Positions 31,406 through 41,520 of a DNA stretch of 64,000 bases are shown piece after piece. Both the position numbers and the translations under genes were made by a program. Below the pieces are notes generated by a model that made no database searches, had not been told where the DNA came from, and saw only the letters and a list, made by a program, of their open reading frames with translations. The stretch's first letter is position 1. The number at the start of each line of letters is the position of its first letter. Source of the stretch: Elusimicrobiota bacterium (GTDB lineage: Bacteria > Elusimicrobiota > Elusimicrobia > UBA1565 > JACRDR01); NCBI GenBank assembly GCA_016194745.1, contig JACQBA010000013.1, forward strand, positions 64,822-128,821, given 5' to 3'.

Positions 31406-33090
31406 CGCAGGCCCTCGCCCCTGCGGAACAGGCCCGGGATCGACACCGGGAGGCGCCCCTTCGGAGGGATCTCGCCGAAGAGGAGCCGAGCTAAGGCGCT
31501 CATGCCGGGCGGCGTGATCCCGTACACGCAGACCCGCGTCCTCGCGTCCTTGAAGTTGCGCTGGTCGTAGGGGTTCATCAGGCTGGCCGCGATGACGGGC
31601 TTGCCGAGCGCGCGAAGCCGGTCGTAGAGCTCGGTCTGCCCCTTGTGCTCCGAGACCTCGAGATGGTTCGAGCCGAAGAGGATCACGTCGGCGCCCGCGG
31701 CCTTGGCGACCAGGGCTTCGACGGCGGAGGAACTGATCGAGGGAGCGAACTCGACGAGCTCGACGCGCGGATGCCTCGCGCGGACCTCCTCGGCGAAGGC
31801 CTTGACGTCGTCGGCGGATCGGCCGCCGCGCGCGATGAAGAGCGCGAGCGTCTTGTCCTTGCCGAGCTTGAGGGGAAGGAGTCCGTCTTCGTTGCTGAGA
31901 AGCGTGAGCGCCGACTCCGCGACGCGGCGCGCCAGCGCGGCGCCGCCCTTCGCCGCCGTCGGACCCTCTTCCGGGAGGCGGGGCTTGGCGCCGAGGAGGC
32001 CCGCGGCCCGTTTCGCCACGAGGATCCTGCGCACCGAGCGGTCCAGGCGCTCCATGGAGACCCGTCCCTCACGCACCGCGGCGAGCACGCGCTCGAAGCT
32101 CGCCGGATAGTCCCCCTTGCCCAACAGCAGGACGTCGCAGCCCGCCTCGAGGGAGCGCACGGACGCCTCCGCCGAGCCGTACGTCTTCGTGATCGCCCCC
32201 ATGTCCATGCTGTCGGAGATCGCGACGCCCTTGAACGCGAGCCGCGTCCGCAGGTAGCCGTCCAGGGCCGCGGAGGAGAGCGTGACCGGGGACGCGGGAT
32301 CGAGCTCGGGGAGCACGATGTGGGCGGTCATGACGATGGGCGCCGGGATGCGCAGCGCCGAGCGGAACGGGAAAAGGTCGTCCTTCTCGAGCTGCGCCAA
32401 CGGCGCCGCGATCAGCGGCAGGTCGTGATGGGAGTCGACCGCCGTGTTCCCGTGGCCCGGGAAGTGCTTGATCGTCGGCAGAACGCCGCCGCGCAGGAAC
32501 CCGCGCACGGCCGCGTCGCCGAGCGCGGCGACCGAAGGAGGGTCTTCGCCGAAGGAGCGGATGCCGACGATCGGGTTGTCCGGATTATTGCTCACGTCCA
32601 CGACGGGCGCGAAGTCGATGTGGACGCCGATCGAGCGCAGCTCCTCCGCGGCGACGAACGCGGCTTTCTCGGCGAGCGCCGGAGACCCCGCCGCGCCGAG
32701 CGCCATATTGCCGGGGAAGGGCGTGCCCCCGTAGCGGCGCTGCGTAAACACCGCTCCGCCCTCGTGGTCGGCGGCGAAAAACAGCGGGACCTTGCCCGGC
32801 GAGGCGTCCGTCCACGCGCGCATCGCCCTGGAGAACGCGCGGGTCTCCTCGCCCGTGAACTTGTCCCAGCGCAGGAGCACGCCGCCCAGCTGCCCCTTCC
32901 GGATCCTGTCCTCATGCCGGGACGCGATGTCGGTATCGATCGCGATCATGAAGAGCTGGCCCACCTTCTCCTCGACCGATAGCCGCGCGAGGAGGGACTC
33001 GACGGTCGACGTCGCCTTCGGCGCCGCGAACGCGAGCGTCGGAGCGAGCGCGGCGAGGGCGCAGAGGAGGACGCCGCTACGGCGCGGCAT
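31390..33090 (-). CDS. glycoside hydrolase family 3 beta-N-acetylhexosaminidase (NagZ-like), secreted
   Basis: GH3 N-terminal domain motifs KVGQLFMI, KHFPGHG and DSMDMGAI. I chose the start at signal peptide MPRRSGVLLCALAALAPTLAFA (ATG 33088-33090). It overlaps the upstream stop by 14 nt. Confidence 0.85.
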   Translation of the reverse strand: MPRRSGVLLCALAALAPTLAFAAPKATSTVESLLARLSVEEKVGQLFMIAIDTDIASRHEDRIRKGQLGGVLLRWDKFTGEETRAFSRAMRAWTDASPGKVPLFFAADHEGGAVFTQRRYGGTPFPGNMALGAAGSPALAEKAAFVAAEELRSIGVHIDFAPVVDVSNNPDNPIVGIRSFGEDPPSVAALGDAAVRGFLRGGVLPTIKHFPGHGNTAVDSHHDLPLIAAPLAQLEKDDLFPFRSALRIPAPIVMTAHIVLPELDPASPVTLSSAALDGYLRTRLAFKGVAISDSMDMGAITKTYGSAEASVRSLEAGCDVLLLGKGDYPASFERVLAAVREGRVSMERLDRSVRRILVAKRAAGLLGAKPRLPEEGPTAAKGGAALARRVAESALTLLSNEDGLLPLKLGKDKTLALFIARGGRSADDVKAFAEEVRARHPRVELVEFAPSISSSAVEALVAKAAGADVILFGSNHLEVSEHKGQTELYDRLRALGKPVIAASLMNPYDQRNFKDARTRVCVYGITPPGMSALARLLFGEIPPKGRLPVSIPGLFRRGEGLRQYKR

Positions 33091-34636
33091 AGTAGTCGAC
33101 GGAGAAGACTTCGCCGCGGGACCACGTCTGGCCTTCGGCGCGGATCGACAGATTGAAATCATGGTTGGCGGGGACGTCCCGCGCCGTCGGCAAGAGATAA
33201 GGACTGATGTCGAGCTGGACGTACTCGCGGCTCTTGAAATCGACGGCCGGCAGCTTCACGTCGTTGATCGCGAGCTCCATCGAGGTCAGGCCGCGGTGGT
33301 AGATCACGAGCTTCGTCTTCCCGTTGCGGCTGAAGAAGCGGAGCTTCCACTGGCGGTGCCCGTCGTCGACGACGCCGATGCGGTTCCATACGGGATCCCG
33401 CAGGCTGTAGCGGTTGTCCGTCACGTCGCGGATCGCGAGGTGGCGCAGGCGCGCGAGGTAACTGTCCAGCTGCGGCATCGACGCCTTGTCCAGCGCGAAG
33501 AGGCACCAGCCGCCCGTTCCTTCCTGGCGCGCGATGTCGATCTGCTCGGCGATCTTCTCCGGCGTGTTGCCCGGCATGTACGGCCCGAGCCCGACGATGA
33601 CGCGCTTGGCGTCGCCGGCCTCCTTCGCGTTGAGGATGCTCTTCCAGACCCAGCTCGAATCCGCGTAGTAGCTCATCAGCACCACGAAATCGAGCGATCC
33701 GGTCTCGAGGCCCTTGCGGTAGTCGGTCCAGCTGCGCCCGAGGGCCAGGTCCCACGCGCCGAGCGCCGCGGCCGAGAGCTGCATCTCCGGATGCTTCGCC
33801 TTGACGGCCGCGCGGATCTTCTGGATCCCCGCGACCACCTGGTCCACCTTCCATTGGTCCCATGCCTTCGTATGCTCGAGCGGCTCCTTGCCCGTCTCCT
33901 TCTTGAAGCGCTGCACCGTCGCGTCGTCCTGGCCGTGGCCGCTCGTCATCGGGCCCGAGCGGTTCGGGTAGCGCACGAAGTCGAGGTGGATGCCGTCGAC
34001 CGGATACTTGTCCGCCACTTCGCGGGCGACCTGCGCGAGATGGTCCTTGAACTCGGGGCTCGACCAGTTCGCCCAGTAGAAGCCCTCGATGTTGCTGATC
34101 TGGGGGTCGTAGCTGCTCGGGAAGGCCATCTTGCCGTCGGAGTCGCGCAGGACCCAGTCGGGATGGGCGTTGAAGATGTGCCTCGGGTCGACGGGCGCGG
34201 TGACGCTGCTGCGCCAGACGATGCCCGCGTTGAGCCACGCGTGAATCTTGAGGCCCTTCGCGTGCCCCTTCTCCAGCATGTAGGCGAGAGGGTCCCAATC
34301 GCCCGTCAGGTACTCCGAGCGCGGCACGAACGCGGACTTGTAGTAGGCGTCGGCCGAGGTGCGGACTTGGACGAAGAGCGTGTTGAGCCGCGCGCTGTGC
34401 GCGGCGTCGATGGCGGCGTCGATCGCCTTCGTGGACGTCATGACGCGCCAGGAGACGACCCACGCCGCGCGCATCTCCTCTTTCTCGGCGGCGGTCGTCG
34501 GCGGCTCGGGAGGGACCGGCACCATCGCGAGCCCTCCCTGCACGGACGCGGCGGGAGGCGGGGCCTGCACCGGAGCGACGCAGGCGGACGCGCCCAAGGC
34601 CGCCGCAAGCAACCAGATCTTCTTGAAGTCGGACAT
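33077..34636 (-). CDS. glycoside hydrolase-like GHL10 / DUF4015 family (lipo)protein, TIM-barrel glycosidase-like
   Basis: 519 aa with lipoprotein-like signal LLAAALGASAC, then RAAWVVSW...LNTLFVQV...GIHLDFVRYP, typical of GHL10 'family 10 glycosylhydrolase' proteins. Confidence 0.65.
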   Translation of the reverse strand: MSDFKKIWLLAAALGASACVAPVQAPPPAASVQGGLAMVPVPPEPPTTAAEKEEMRAAWVVSWRVMTSTKAIDAAIDAAHSARLNTLFVQVRTSADAYYKSAFVPRSEYLTGDWDPLAYMLEKGHAKGLKIHAWLNAGIVWRSSVTAPVDPRHIFNAHPDWVLRDSDGKMAFPSSYDPQISNIEGFYWANWSSPEFKDHLAQVAREVADKYPVDGIHLDFVRYPNRSGPMTSGHGQDDATVQRFKKETGKEPLEHTKAWDQWKVDQVVAGIQKIRAAVKAKHPEMQLSAAALGAWDLALGRSWTDYRKGLETGSLDFVVLMSYYADSSWVWKSILNAKEAGDAKRVIVGLGPYMPGNTPEKIAEQIDIARQEGTGGWCLFALDKASMPQLDSYLARLRHLAIRDVTDNRYSLRDPVWNRIGVVDDGHRQWKLRFFSRNGKTKLVIYHRGLTSMELAINDVKLPAVDFKSREYVQLDISPYLLPTARDVPANHDFNLSIRAEGQTWSRGEVFSVDYYAAP

Positions 34637-34670
34637 GATCGTGTTGAGCTTAGGCTGCCATTCTACAAGA

Positions 34671-36176
34671 TTAAGCGCGGCGGCTCAGGTCGAGAGGCAC
34701 GGGCATCTGCCCCGTAGCGGGCGCCTTGCCGGTCAGCACGCGCGCCACCGCGACCTGGAGGCACGGCGCGGCGCCGAAAGCGGCGAGCGCGGACTTCCAG
34801 GACCTGAGCTCCGTGAGCACGTACGGAGAGCCGAACGATACCAAGACCCCGTCCGCGGCCCCGGCGAACGCCTGCTCGGCCTGGCGCGCTTCCTCCTCGA
34901 AGAGGGTGATCTGCCCGCTGTAGGCGCGCGGCCGCACGAACGACGCGACGATGATCGTCCCGGAGCCCTCGGCGGAGTACGGCCTCACGTCGCAGCCCTC
35001 GGCCTTCAGCGCTTCCACGAAGCGCCCGCCCTGCCACTCCTCGGGCGAGTCGGCGCCCAGCTCGAGGTAGCGGACCGCGCGCGGCGCGGTCTTCGCCCCG
35101 GTCGCGACGATGCAGGACGCCGCGAGCCGCTCCGCCGCCTCGGCGTGGCGCTTGGAGCCTACGGCCTCGCGCGCGCCCTCCGGCTCGAGGCCGCGGTCCT
35201 TCCACAATCCGCAGGCTTGCTTTGCCTTCATGAGACGCCCGTACGCCGTCTCCACGAGGGGGCCAAGCGACGCGTCCGATCGGACCTGCGCGGCGACGGC
35301 TCGTACGCCCTCGTTGGGGTCGGCCGGCACGAGCAGCACGTCGTTTCCCGCGCGCAGCGCCGCGAGGCAGGCGGCCTCGCTCGAGAAGCGGTCGGATACC
35401 GCGTTCATCCTCAATGAGTCCGTCGTGACGAGGCCCTGGTACCCGAGGTCCCTGCGCAGAAGCTCGACCGTCTTCGGAGACAAGGAGGTCGGCGTACCTT
35501 CCCCGTCGCACAGATCGGGAACGTACAAATGCGCCGTCATCACGGAGCCCGCGGATTCGGCCGCCGCGCGATAGGGCTCGAGCTCCCGCTTGAGCAGCGC
35601 CTCCTTGGAGAGCTTGAGCGACGGCAGGCCCAGATGGGAATCGGAGACCGTCTCGCCATGCCCGGGGAAATGCTTGGCGCAGCCGAGCACCCTCTCGGAC
35701 GACAGCCCCTTGGAGAACGCGGAGGCCAGGCAGCCGACGAGCTTGGGGTCGGCGGCGAACGCGCGCACGTTCACGATGGGGTTGCTCGGCTCCGTCGCGA
35801 GATCGAGGACCGGGGCCAGCACCCAGCGCACGCCGATCGCGCGCGACTCCGAGGCGGTGATGATTGCCTTTTGATAGGCCAGCGACTCGTCGGCAGAGGC
35901 GCCGATCGCCATATTGGTCGGCAGACCCGTCCCGTCGGAGACGTTGGTCTCGAGCCCGTCCTCGTAGTCCGCGCAGAACAACAGCGGTAATCGGGCGCGG
36001 GCCTGCAGACGCCGCGTGAAGGCGTCGACCTCTGCCGAGGAGCCGCCGAAGAGGCAAAAGCCCCCGACCCCGAGGTCGACCAGGCGCTCCGCCGCGGCGG
36101 GGTCGTCGAGGCCGAAGGAGAACCCGGGGAAGACGAGCTGCGCCGCCTTGTCCGCGAGCGGAATTTCCGGGATCAT
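34671..36176 (-). CDS. nagZ: glycoside hydrolase family 3 beta-N-acetylhexosaminidase NagZ (cytoplasmic paralogue)
   Basis: 501 aa with no signal peptide. GH3 motifs are KAAQLVFPG, KHFPGHGETVSDSH and DSLRMNAV. Confidence 0.85.
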   Translation of the reverse strand: MIPEIPLADKAAQLVFPGFSFGLDDPAAAERLVDLGVGGFCLFGGSSAEVDAFTRRLQARARLPLLFCADYEDGLETNVSDGTGLPTNMAIGASADESLAYQKAIITASESRAIGVRWVLAPVLDLATEPSNPIVNVRAFAADPKLVGCLASAFSKGLSSERVLGCAKHFPGHGETVSDSHLGLPSLKLSKEALLKRELEPYRAAAESAGSVMTAHLYVPDLCDGEGTPTSLSPKTVELLRRDLGYQGLVTTDSLRMNAVSDRFSSEAACLAALRAGNDVLLVPADPNEGVRAVAAQVRSDASLGPLVETAYGRLMKAKQACGLWKDRGLEPEGAREAVGSKRHAEAAERLAASCIVATGAKTAPRAVRYLELGADSPEEWQGGRFVEALKAEGCDVRPYSAEGSGTIIVASFVRPRAYSGQITLFEEEARQAEQAFAGAADGVLVSFGSPYVLTELRSWKSALAAFGAAPCLQVAVARVLTGKAPATGQMPVPLDLSRRA

Positions 36177-36234
36177 CGTCTTGCCCCGATTATGCCTAAT
36201 GCGTCCCCCCGTATCAATTGCCGCCCTGTGACCT

Positions 36235-36342
36235 AAAAATACAGCTCACCACGGAGACACGGAAGCGGAAAATGCCGTTTCGTGTCTCCGTGGTGAGCGG
36301 TGATATTTAGAGGCGAGGACGGCTCCCGGATGGGGAGCCGTC
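36235..36342 (-). terminator. tandem-hairpin rho-independent terminator downstream of the coiled-coil gene
   Basis: Perfect 10-bp hairpin GACGGCTCCC-ggatg-GGGAGCCGTC at 36318-36342. A perfect 18-bp inverted repeat GCTCACCACGGAGACACG / CGTGTCTCCGTGGTGAGC (36244-36298) follows with a 19-nt loop. On the minus strand it is followed by UGUAUUUUUAGG. Confidence 0.6.
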
Positions 36343-36364
36343 CCTTCCTCCATGACCCGTCGAG

Positions 36365-37492
36365 TTAAACCGTCGCCTTGGCGGTCTTGAGCCGCTCGAT
36401 CTCCGCCTTCAAGAGGTCGATCTCCTTGAGGCGCTCCATGTCTTGGTGCGTCATCGTCTCGATCCACTTCTTCTCGTCGAACTCGTGAGCGCGGCGCGTG
36501 TTCGCGAGGTCCGCCTGCATGACCGTCAGGCGCTCGGTAAGCTCGGCCCGCTCGCGCTCCCACGCGGGAGGCGGCGGCGCCTCGGGGATCTGCGACTGCT
36601 CGATGCGCTGCTTCATCTGCGCCCGCTCGGCCTCGAGGGCTTGGATCCTCTGCAGGAAGCCGTCGTAAAAGACCTGGGTATCGGCCAGCTTCTTCTTGAG
36701 CGCTGCGAACTCGTGGTCCCGCTCGCGGAGCTCGTCCTCGAGCTCGGCGACGCGCGCTTGAGCGTCGTCGGCTCCGCCCGAGGCCTCCGCCTTGGCGGCC
36801 TTGATGGCCTCGAGCCGCTCGCGCAGACTCGCGTTCTGCGCCTGCGTCTCGCGGAGCTTCTCGGCCAAGGCTGCGTTCGCCTGGATAAAGGACCCGAGGC
36901 TCTCCTCCTCCACGGCGCTGAGCGCTCCGGCCGGACGCGTCCCGCCGTCCTGGCGCGCCGCCTCCTCGTTGCGCTTCTCGGACTCCAAGAGGGCCGCCTT
37001 CAAGACCTCGATCTGCGCCTTCGCGCGCTCGAGCGGCTCGGCGGAGGCGTCCGCCGTCGGCGGCGCTTCCTGTGTCGTGAGGCGCTCCATGAGCGCGTTC
37101 ATGTCCCGCTCCGAGGACTCCAGCTTCAGCCGCAGCGCCGTCATCTCCGATTCGCGCTGGCTGAGGTGCTGCTGCTCCGCCTGAAGCGCCGCGTGAGCGC
37201 GGGGCTCGCTCGCCTGCCGTGCGCGGCTCGCCTCCTCGACCATCGCGGCCGTCCGCTGCGTCTCGCGGTCCATCCCTTCGATGCGGGTCTGCGCGCTCGA
37301 GAGCGCCCCGCGCGTCTCGCTCAGGGCGGAACGCAGGCTGGCCAACTGCCGCTCCTGCTCGTGGAGCGCGTCGAGCAGCCAGATGCGCGTGCGCGCGAGA
37401 ATGGGCTTGATGATGCTGGCGTCCGGCGAGTCCTGAAGGAGCTCCTCCTCGAAGCTGTGGTAGTACTTCAGGAGGTTGTCGTAACCGCTCAT
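36365..37492 (-). CDS. coiled-coil hypothetical protein
   Basis: 375 aa that is almost entirely heptad-like, rich in E/R/A/L/Q, with no TM segment. Confidence 0.55.
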   Translation of the reverse strand: MSGYDNLLKYYHSFEEELLQDSPDASIIKPILARTRIWLLDALHEQERQLASLRSALSETRGALSSAQTRIEGMDRETQRTAAMVEEASRARQASEPRAHAALQAEQQHLSQRESEMTALRLKLESSERDMNALMERLTTQEAPPTADASAEPLERAKAQIEVLKAALLESEKRNEEAARQDGGTRPAGALSAVEEESLGSFIQANAALAEKLRETQAQNASLRERLEAIKAAKAEASGGADDAQARVAELEDELRERDHEFAALKKKLADTQVFYDGFLQRIQALEAERAQMKQRIEQSQIPEAPPPPAWERERAELTERLTVMQADLANTRRAHEFDEKKWIETMTHQDMERLKEIDLLKAEIERLKTAKATV

Positions 37493-37623
37493 GACCTCAG
37501 TTTATGGCCCCCGGCGATCGCCGTCAACGCGCCGGATGTCAGTGGTCGTCAGTCCGGTCCCCGCTTACCGGGTTTTTACAATTTTGAAACCATTTATATA
37601 CAGTATTCCCTTAGAATATTGTC

Positions 37624-40132
37624 GATGGTCCGCCTCCGCATTCCCCCTCTTTTGCTGTGCGCGTCGGTCGTCGCCGCCCAGTTCCCCTGCGCGGCGTGGA
37701 GCCAGCTCTCCGCCGCGACGATGGGCGGAACGGGTCGGCCTCACTCCGCCGCGCTCGTGCCGACGGAGAACGATCCTCCGTTCAACAACAACTCGATGCC
37801 CCTGGGCGAGGCGGAGTTCATGCTTCTGTCCGAAAGCGGCTACCGCATGCAGGCGGACGGGACGATCCGCGCGCCCGGCGCGCTGCGCCCCCTCGGCAAG
37901 ATGGAACTGCAGATGGACATCGAGGAGCTCCAGGGCCGCAAGCGGCTCAAGGCGCTCATCCAGCTCGACATGATCTTCACGAAGCACGGCTTCAAGAAGA
38001 TACCGGCGGAACCTCTCGCCGAGGTGCGGCGCATCGCCCGGCAGAACTGGGCGCTGCTTCCCGAGCGCGTGCGGGCCGATATCCGCCCGTTCTTCACGGG
38101 GCCCGAGAAGGCGAGCATGGACCACAATATCCGCATGGTGCGCGCTCCCGCGACCTGGATGCCGCTGATCGAGATGGACCTCCCCAAAGACATGGCCGCC
38201 TGGCCCGGGCCTCAGAGCGCCGCGGCGACGGGCGAGGTCCCCGCGCCGAGCACGATCGTGCAGCCGAACGCGCTCCCGGTCCCGGAGGACCTCTCGACTC
38301 CGGCCGCGCCGCCGCCGCTGCCGCCGACGCCCGCGGCGACGGCTCCCGCGGTCGCCGCCGCGCCCGCTCAGGCGCCGGCGCCCGAGACCCAGCTCCCTCT
38401 TCCGCCGACGCCCGCCGCCACCGCGACCAGCGTCGCGGCGACGCTCGCCAAGGCGACGCCGCCTCTTCCCTCCGCCAAGCCGAACGCTCCCTCCGAAGTC
38501 ACGGTCGCCATGAGCCAGCCTCCGATGAGCGAGCCCGAGCCCGCTCCCGCTCCGGCGGCGGCCGCACCCGTCGTTGAGGATTCCGCCGCGCTCCAGCGCG
38601 TGCGCGAGCTCCAGGCCGCCGAAGCCGCGGCCCGGGTGCGGCTGATCGAGGCGCAGGCCGCCGCGGCGGCCGCGCAAGCCGCCGTCGCCGCGGCGAAGAC
38701 GCCCGCGTCCGCCCCGCCCGCCGTCGCCCAGGCGCCGCAGCCCGCGGCGATCCCGCAGACCCCTCCGCTCGCGACGGCCCCGCCGGTCCCGCAGCCCGCG
38801 CCGGTCCAGACCGCCGCCCCGCCCGCGCCTCCTCAGACCGTGGTCGGTCCAGACGGCATGACCGAAGCGGAGACCGCGGCCCTGCGTCGGATCAAGGAGA
38901 TTTACGCGTCGGAAGCCGCCGCGCGCGCGGCGCCGTCCGCGACGGCCGTGCCCGGCGCGCCGGCACCCGTCGTCCCGGCGGGCGCGCTGCCGCAGGGCCC
39001 CGGAGGGCCGTCGTTCCGCGCCGCCGAAGCCTCGCCGTCGCGTCTCGCCTACAGTCTGCCGGCCGCCGCGGCCGCGCCCGTATTGCCGGCCGCCGCGCCG
39101 CCGAGGCCCGTCGCCGCGCCCGGCAGCGCGTACCGCGAGATCACCGTAGGCGCCTTCGACGAGTTCTTGAAGCGCGCCCCCTACGGCCGGGAAGCCCAGG
39201 CGATGCTCAAGCTGATCAACGAGCACGCGCCGCTCGACGTCCGGCGCCAAGTGCTGGGCTTCATCGCCACGCGCCTGCCCCTGGTCGTCATCGATTCCTC
39301 GCGGACCGGGCCCCACATGCGGGTCTCGGTGCGCACGCTGCCGGGGGAGAACGGCAAGCAGGACCAGATCGTCCTCATCATGAACGAGGGCCCGTTCATC
39401 GCGGCGCGCAAGTCGATGTTCCTGCGCTCGCGCGAGTTCCTCGTGCCGATCGACCCGGCGTTCTACGCGGACCGCGGCGCCGCCACGCCCGCGGCCCAGG
39501 CCGCGGCCAGCGGAGCCGAGTGGGAGCGCGAGACCCTGAGCCACTGGGGCCGCGAGCGCCTCTATCGGGACGGAAGCCGCCGCCTCCGCTACAGCACCGA
39601 GCAGATGGCCGGGACCCTCATCGCGGAGATCCTCCGCATCGACAACGCGCCCCTCGCGTCCGCCGCGGACAAATACCATCTCGAGCTCGTCTCGCGCGGC
39701 GCGCAGTTCATGTTCTACCGCAAGCTGAAGGAGAGCGCGGGCGCGGCGCCGGTCTTGGACGCCGACACCCTCAACGAGTATCAGGAGTGGCTCAACAGCC
39801 CGATGGACCACGCCGATTACGTCCTCGAGGCGATGACCTCCCCTACGGAGGCCGCGATCGCCCCGAGCCTGAGCGGCAACGCGGCCGACCGCGAGGTCTG
39901 GGCCAAGCGGCACGATCTCGCCGTGTTCGACGCGGCGGGACTCGAACTCAAGCCCGAGGCGCGCAAGCTGCTCGCGGCGCCGCCGCCCAAGGACGCGGCG
40001 AGCGGCGACACGATGACGACGGACCAAGATGTGCTGGCGGACATCAAAACGCTCGAGTCCAGCGGCCCGCTCATCGCGACGTGGATCCTGCAGGAACAGA
40101 AGTTCAGGAGCGAACTCGATGTCGCGAAATAG
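37624..40132 (+). CDS. secreted Pro/Ala-rich protein with globular C-terminal domain
   Basis: The real start is at signal peptide MVRLRIPPLLLCASVVAAQFPCAAW (37624). The 1229-aa track ORF includes 393 aa that is antisense to the coiled-coil gene. A central ~350-aa PAPT-rich low-complexity region is followed by a conserved-looking C-terminal domain. Confidence 0.6.
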
Positions 40133-40688
40133 GCGGGAGCTGCTGTTGGTCCTGCTGCTCGGCGCGGCCGCGGCCGCCGCGTGGAGCCAGGAGATGAAGT
40201 ACGTGGCGTTCACTCCCGCCCGGCGGAACTTCACCTGCGAGGTCCCGCCGAGCTGGCCGTCGCTGGAAGAAGACACGCCGTCGGGGCCCGCCACGCATCT
40301 CATCGGCCCCGCGGATGCCAACGGCGCCTGGCGCGCCGCGATCCACGTCCATTACATGCAGAAGGGAGCTCCGGGGTTCATCCCGCTGGACGACCAGCTC
40401 AAGCGCGTGCGCCGGTCGGACAAGGGGACGGACCGCGAGTCGAGCCCGCTGTTCCGCTGGCGCGTCGGGCGCTATCCGGCGCGGCGCTTCGAGGTGGTCG
40501 AGCAGCGCATCGTGGCGAGGAACCGCCTGCCCGCGCAGCCTCTGCACCTACACCACTATTACGCCTTCGTCCCCGCGGGAGGCCACGACTATTTCGTCGT
40601 CAAGCTGTCCTCGACCCGCGACAGCTACCTGGAGTACCGGAACGCTTTCGACCACCTGCTCAACACCTTCCGGGTGATGACGCCCTGA
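40119..40688 (+). CDS. secreted hypothetical protein (189 aa)
   Basis: Signal peptide MSRNRRELLLVLLLGAAAAAAWS. It overlaps the upstream stop by 14 nt. Confidence 0.5.
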   Translation: MSRNRRELLLVLLLGAAAAAAWSQEMKYVAFTPARRNFTCEVPPSWPSLEEDTPSGPATHLIGPADANGAWRAAIHVHYMQKGAPGFIPLDDQLKRVRRSDKGTDRESSPLFRWRVGRYPARRFEVVEQRIVARNRLPAQPLHLHHYYAFVPAGGHDYFVVKLSSTRDSYLEYRNAFDHLLNTFRVMTP

Positions 40689-40693
40689 CGCGG

Positions 40694-41497
40694 CTAGTCC
40701 AGAAGATCCGCCTTGTGCAGGAGCTGGAGGTGCGGGTTGGCCTTGATCAGGTCGCTCACCGTGACGGCCTTGAGCCCCTTCGCCGAAAGTCCGGATAGGA
40801 TGGCGCCCAGGGCCTGGACCGTCTGGCTCCGGTCCCCCCCGCCGTCGTGCAGCAGGATGATCGAGCCCGCCTTTACCTGGGAGAGGACGACGCGCGTGAT
40901 GCGGTCCGATCCCGGGCGCTTCCAATCCTGGCAGTCCACCGACCACAGCACGACGCCGTAGCCCATCCGCTCGACGGCCGAGGTCGCCCATTTCTGGCTG
41001 CACCCGTAGGGGAAGCGCATCAGCTTCGGCGACACGCCGGTCGCCTGCTCGATGGCCGAGGCCGCCTTGCGCACCTCGTCTTCGAGCTGCCGGCGGCGCG
41101 CGGGGTTCTCGCCGCCGCAGAAGTTTTGGTGCGTGTTCGTGTGGTTGGCCACCTCGTGGCCCGCGGCGACGACGCGGCGCGCGTCCCCCGCGTGCGGGCC
41201 GACGTTCTGCCCGATCATGAAGAAAGTCGATTTGGCGCCGTGGGCGGCGAGCTTGTCGAGCGCGGGGCCCGTGAACTGGCTGGGGCCGTCGTCGAGCGTG
41301 ACGGCGACCGCCGGGATATTGCTCGGCCCCGTCTCGATGACGTCCGCGTGGGCGCCTTGCGTAACGGCCTTGTCGACGCCCAGCAGCTCGTCGAATTCCA
41401 GGATGAGATGCTCCACCGAGAAGGCTTTCGCGGGCAGCAGGACCGCGACGGCGACGGCGAGACGAAGAATCCTCGAGTTCATGTGCGCCCTCCGCAC
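40694..41497 (-). CDS. polysaccharide deacetylase (CE4 / NodB domain), secreted
   Basis: Signal peptide, VTLDDGP (TFDDGP-like), HEVANHTNTHQN (HxxxH) and IILLHDG motifs. Confidence 0.85.
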   Translation of the reverse strand: MRRAHMNSRILRLAVAVAVLLPAKAFSVEHLILEFDELLGVDKAVTQGAHADVIETGPSNIPAVAVTLDDGPSQFTGPALDKLAAHGAKSTFFMIGQNVGPHAGDARRVVAAGHEVANHTNTHQNFCGGENPARRRQLEDEVRKAASAIEQATGVSPKLMRFPYGCSQKWATSAVERMGYGVVLWSVDCQDWKRPGSDRITRVVLSQVKAGSIILLHDGGGDRSQTVQALGAILSGLSAKGLKAVTVSDLIKANPHLQLLHKADLLD

Positions 41498-41520
41498 GGC
41501 TCGTTTACCGGCCGCTTCGA

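Noticed and set aside
36443-37623. N-terminal 393 codons of the 1229-aa plus-strand ORF
   Set aside because: This part is antisense to the coiled-coil gene (36365-37492) and is Arg-rich. The real gene starts at the signal peptide Met at 37624.
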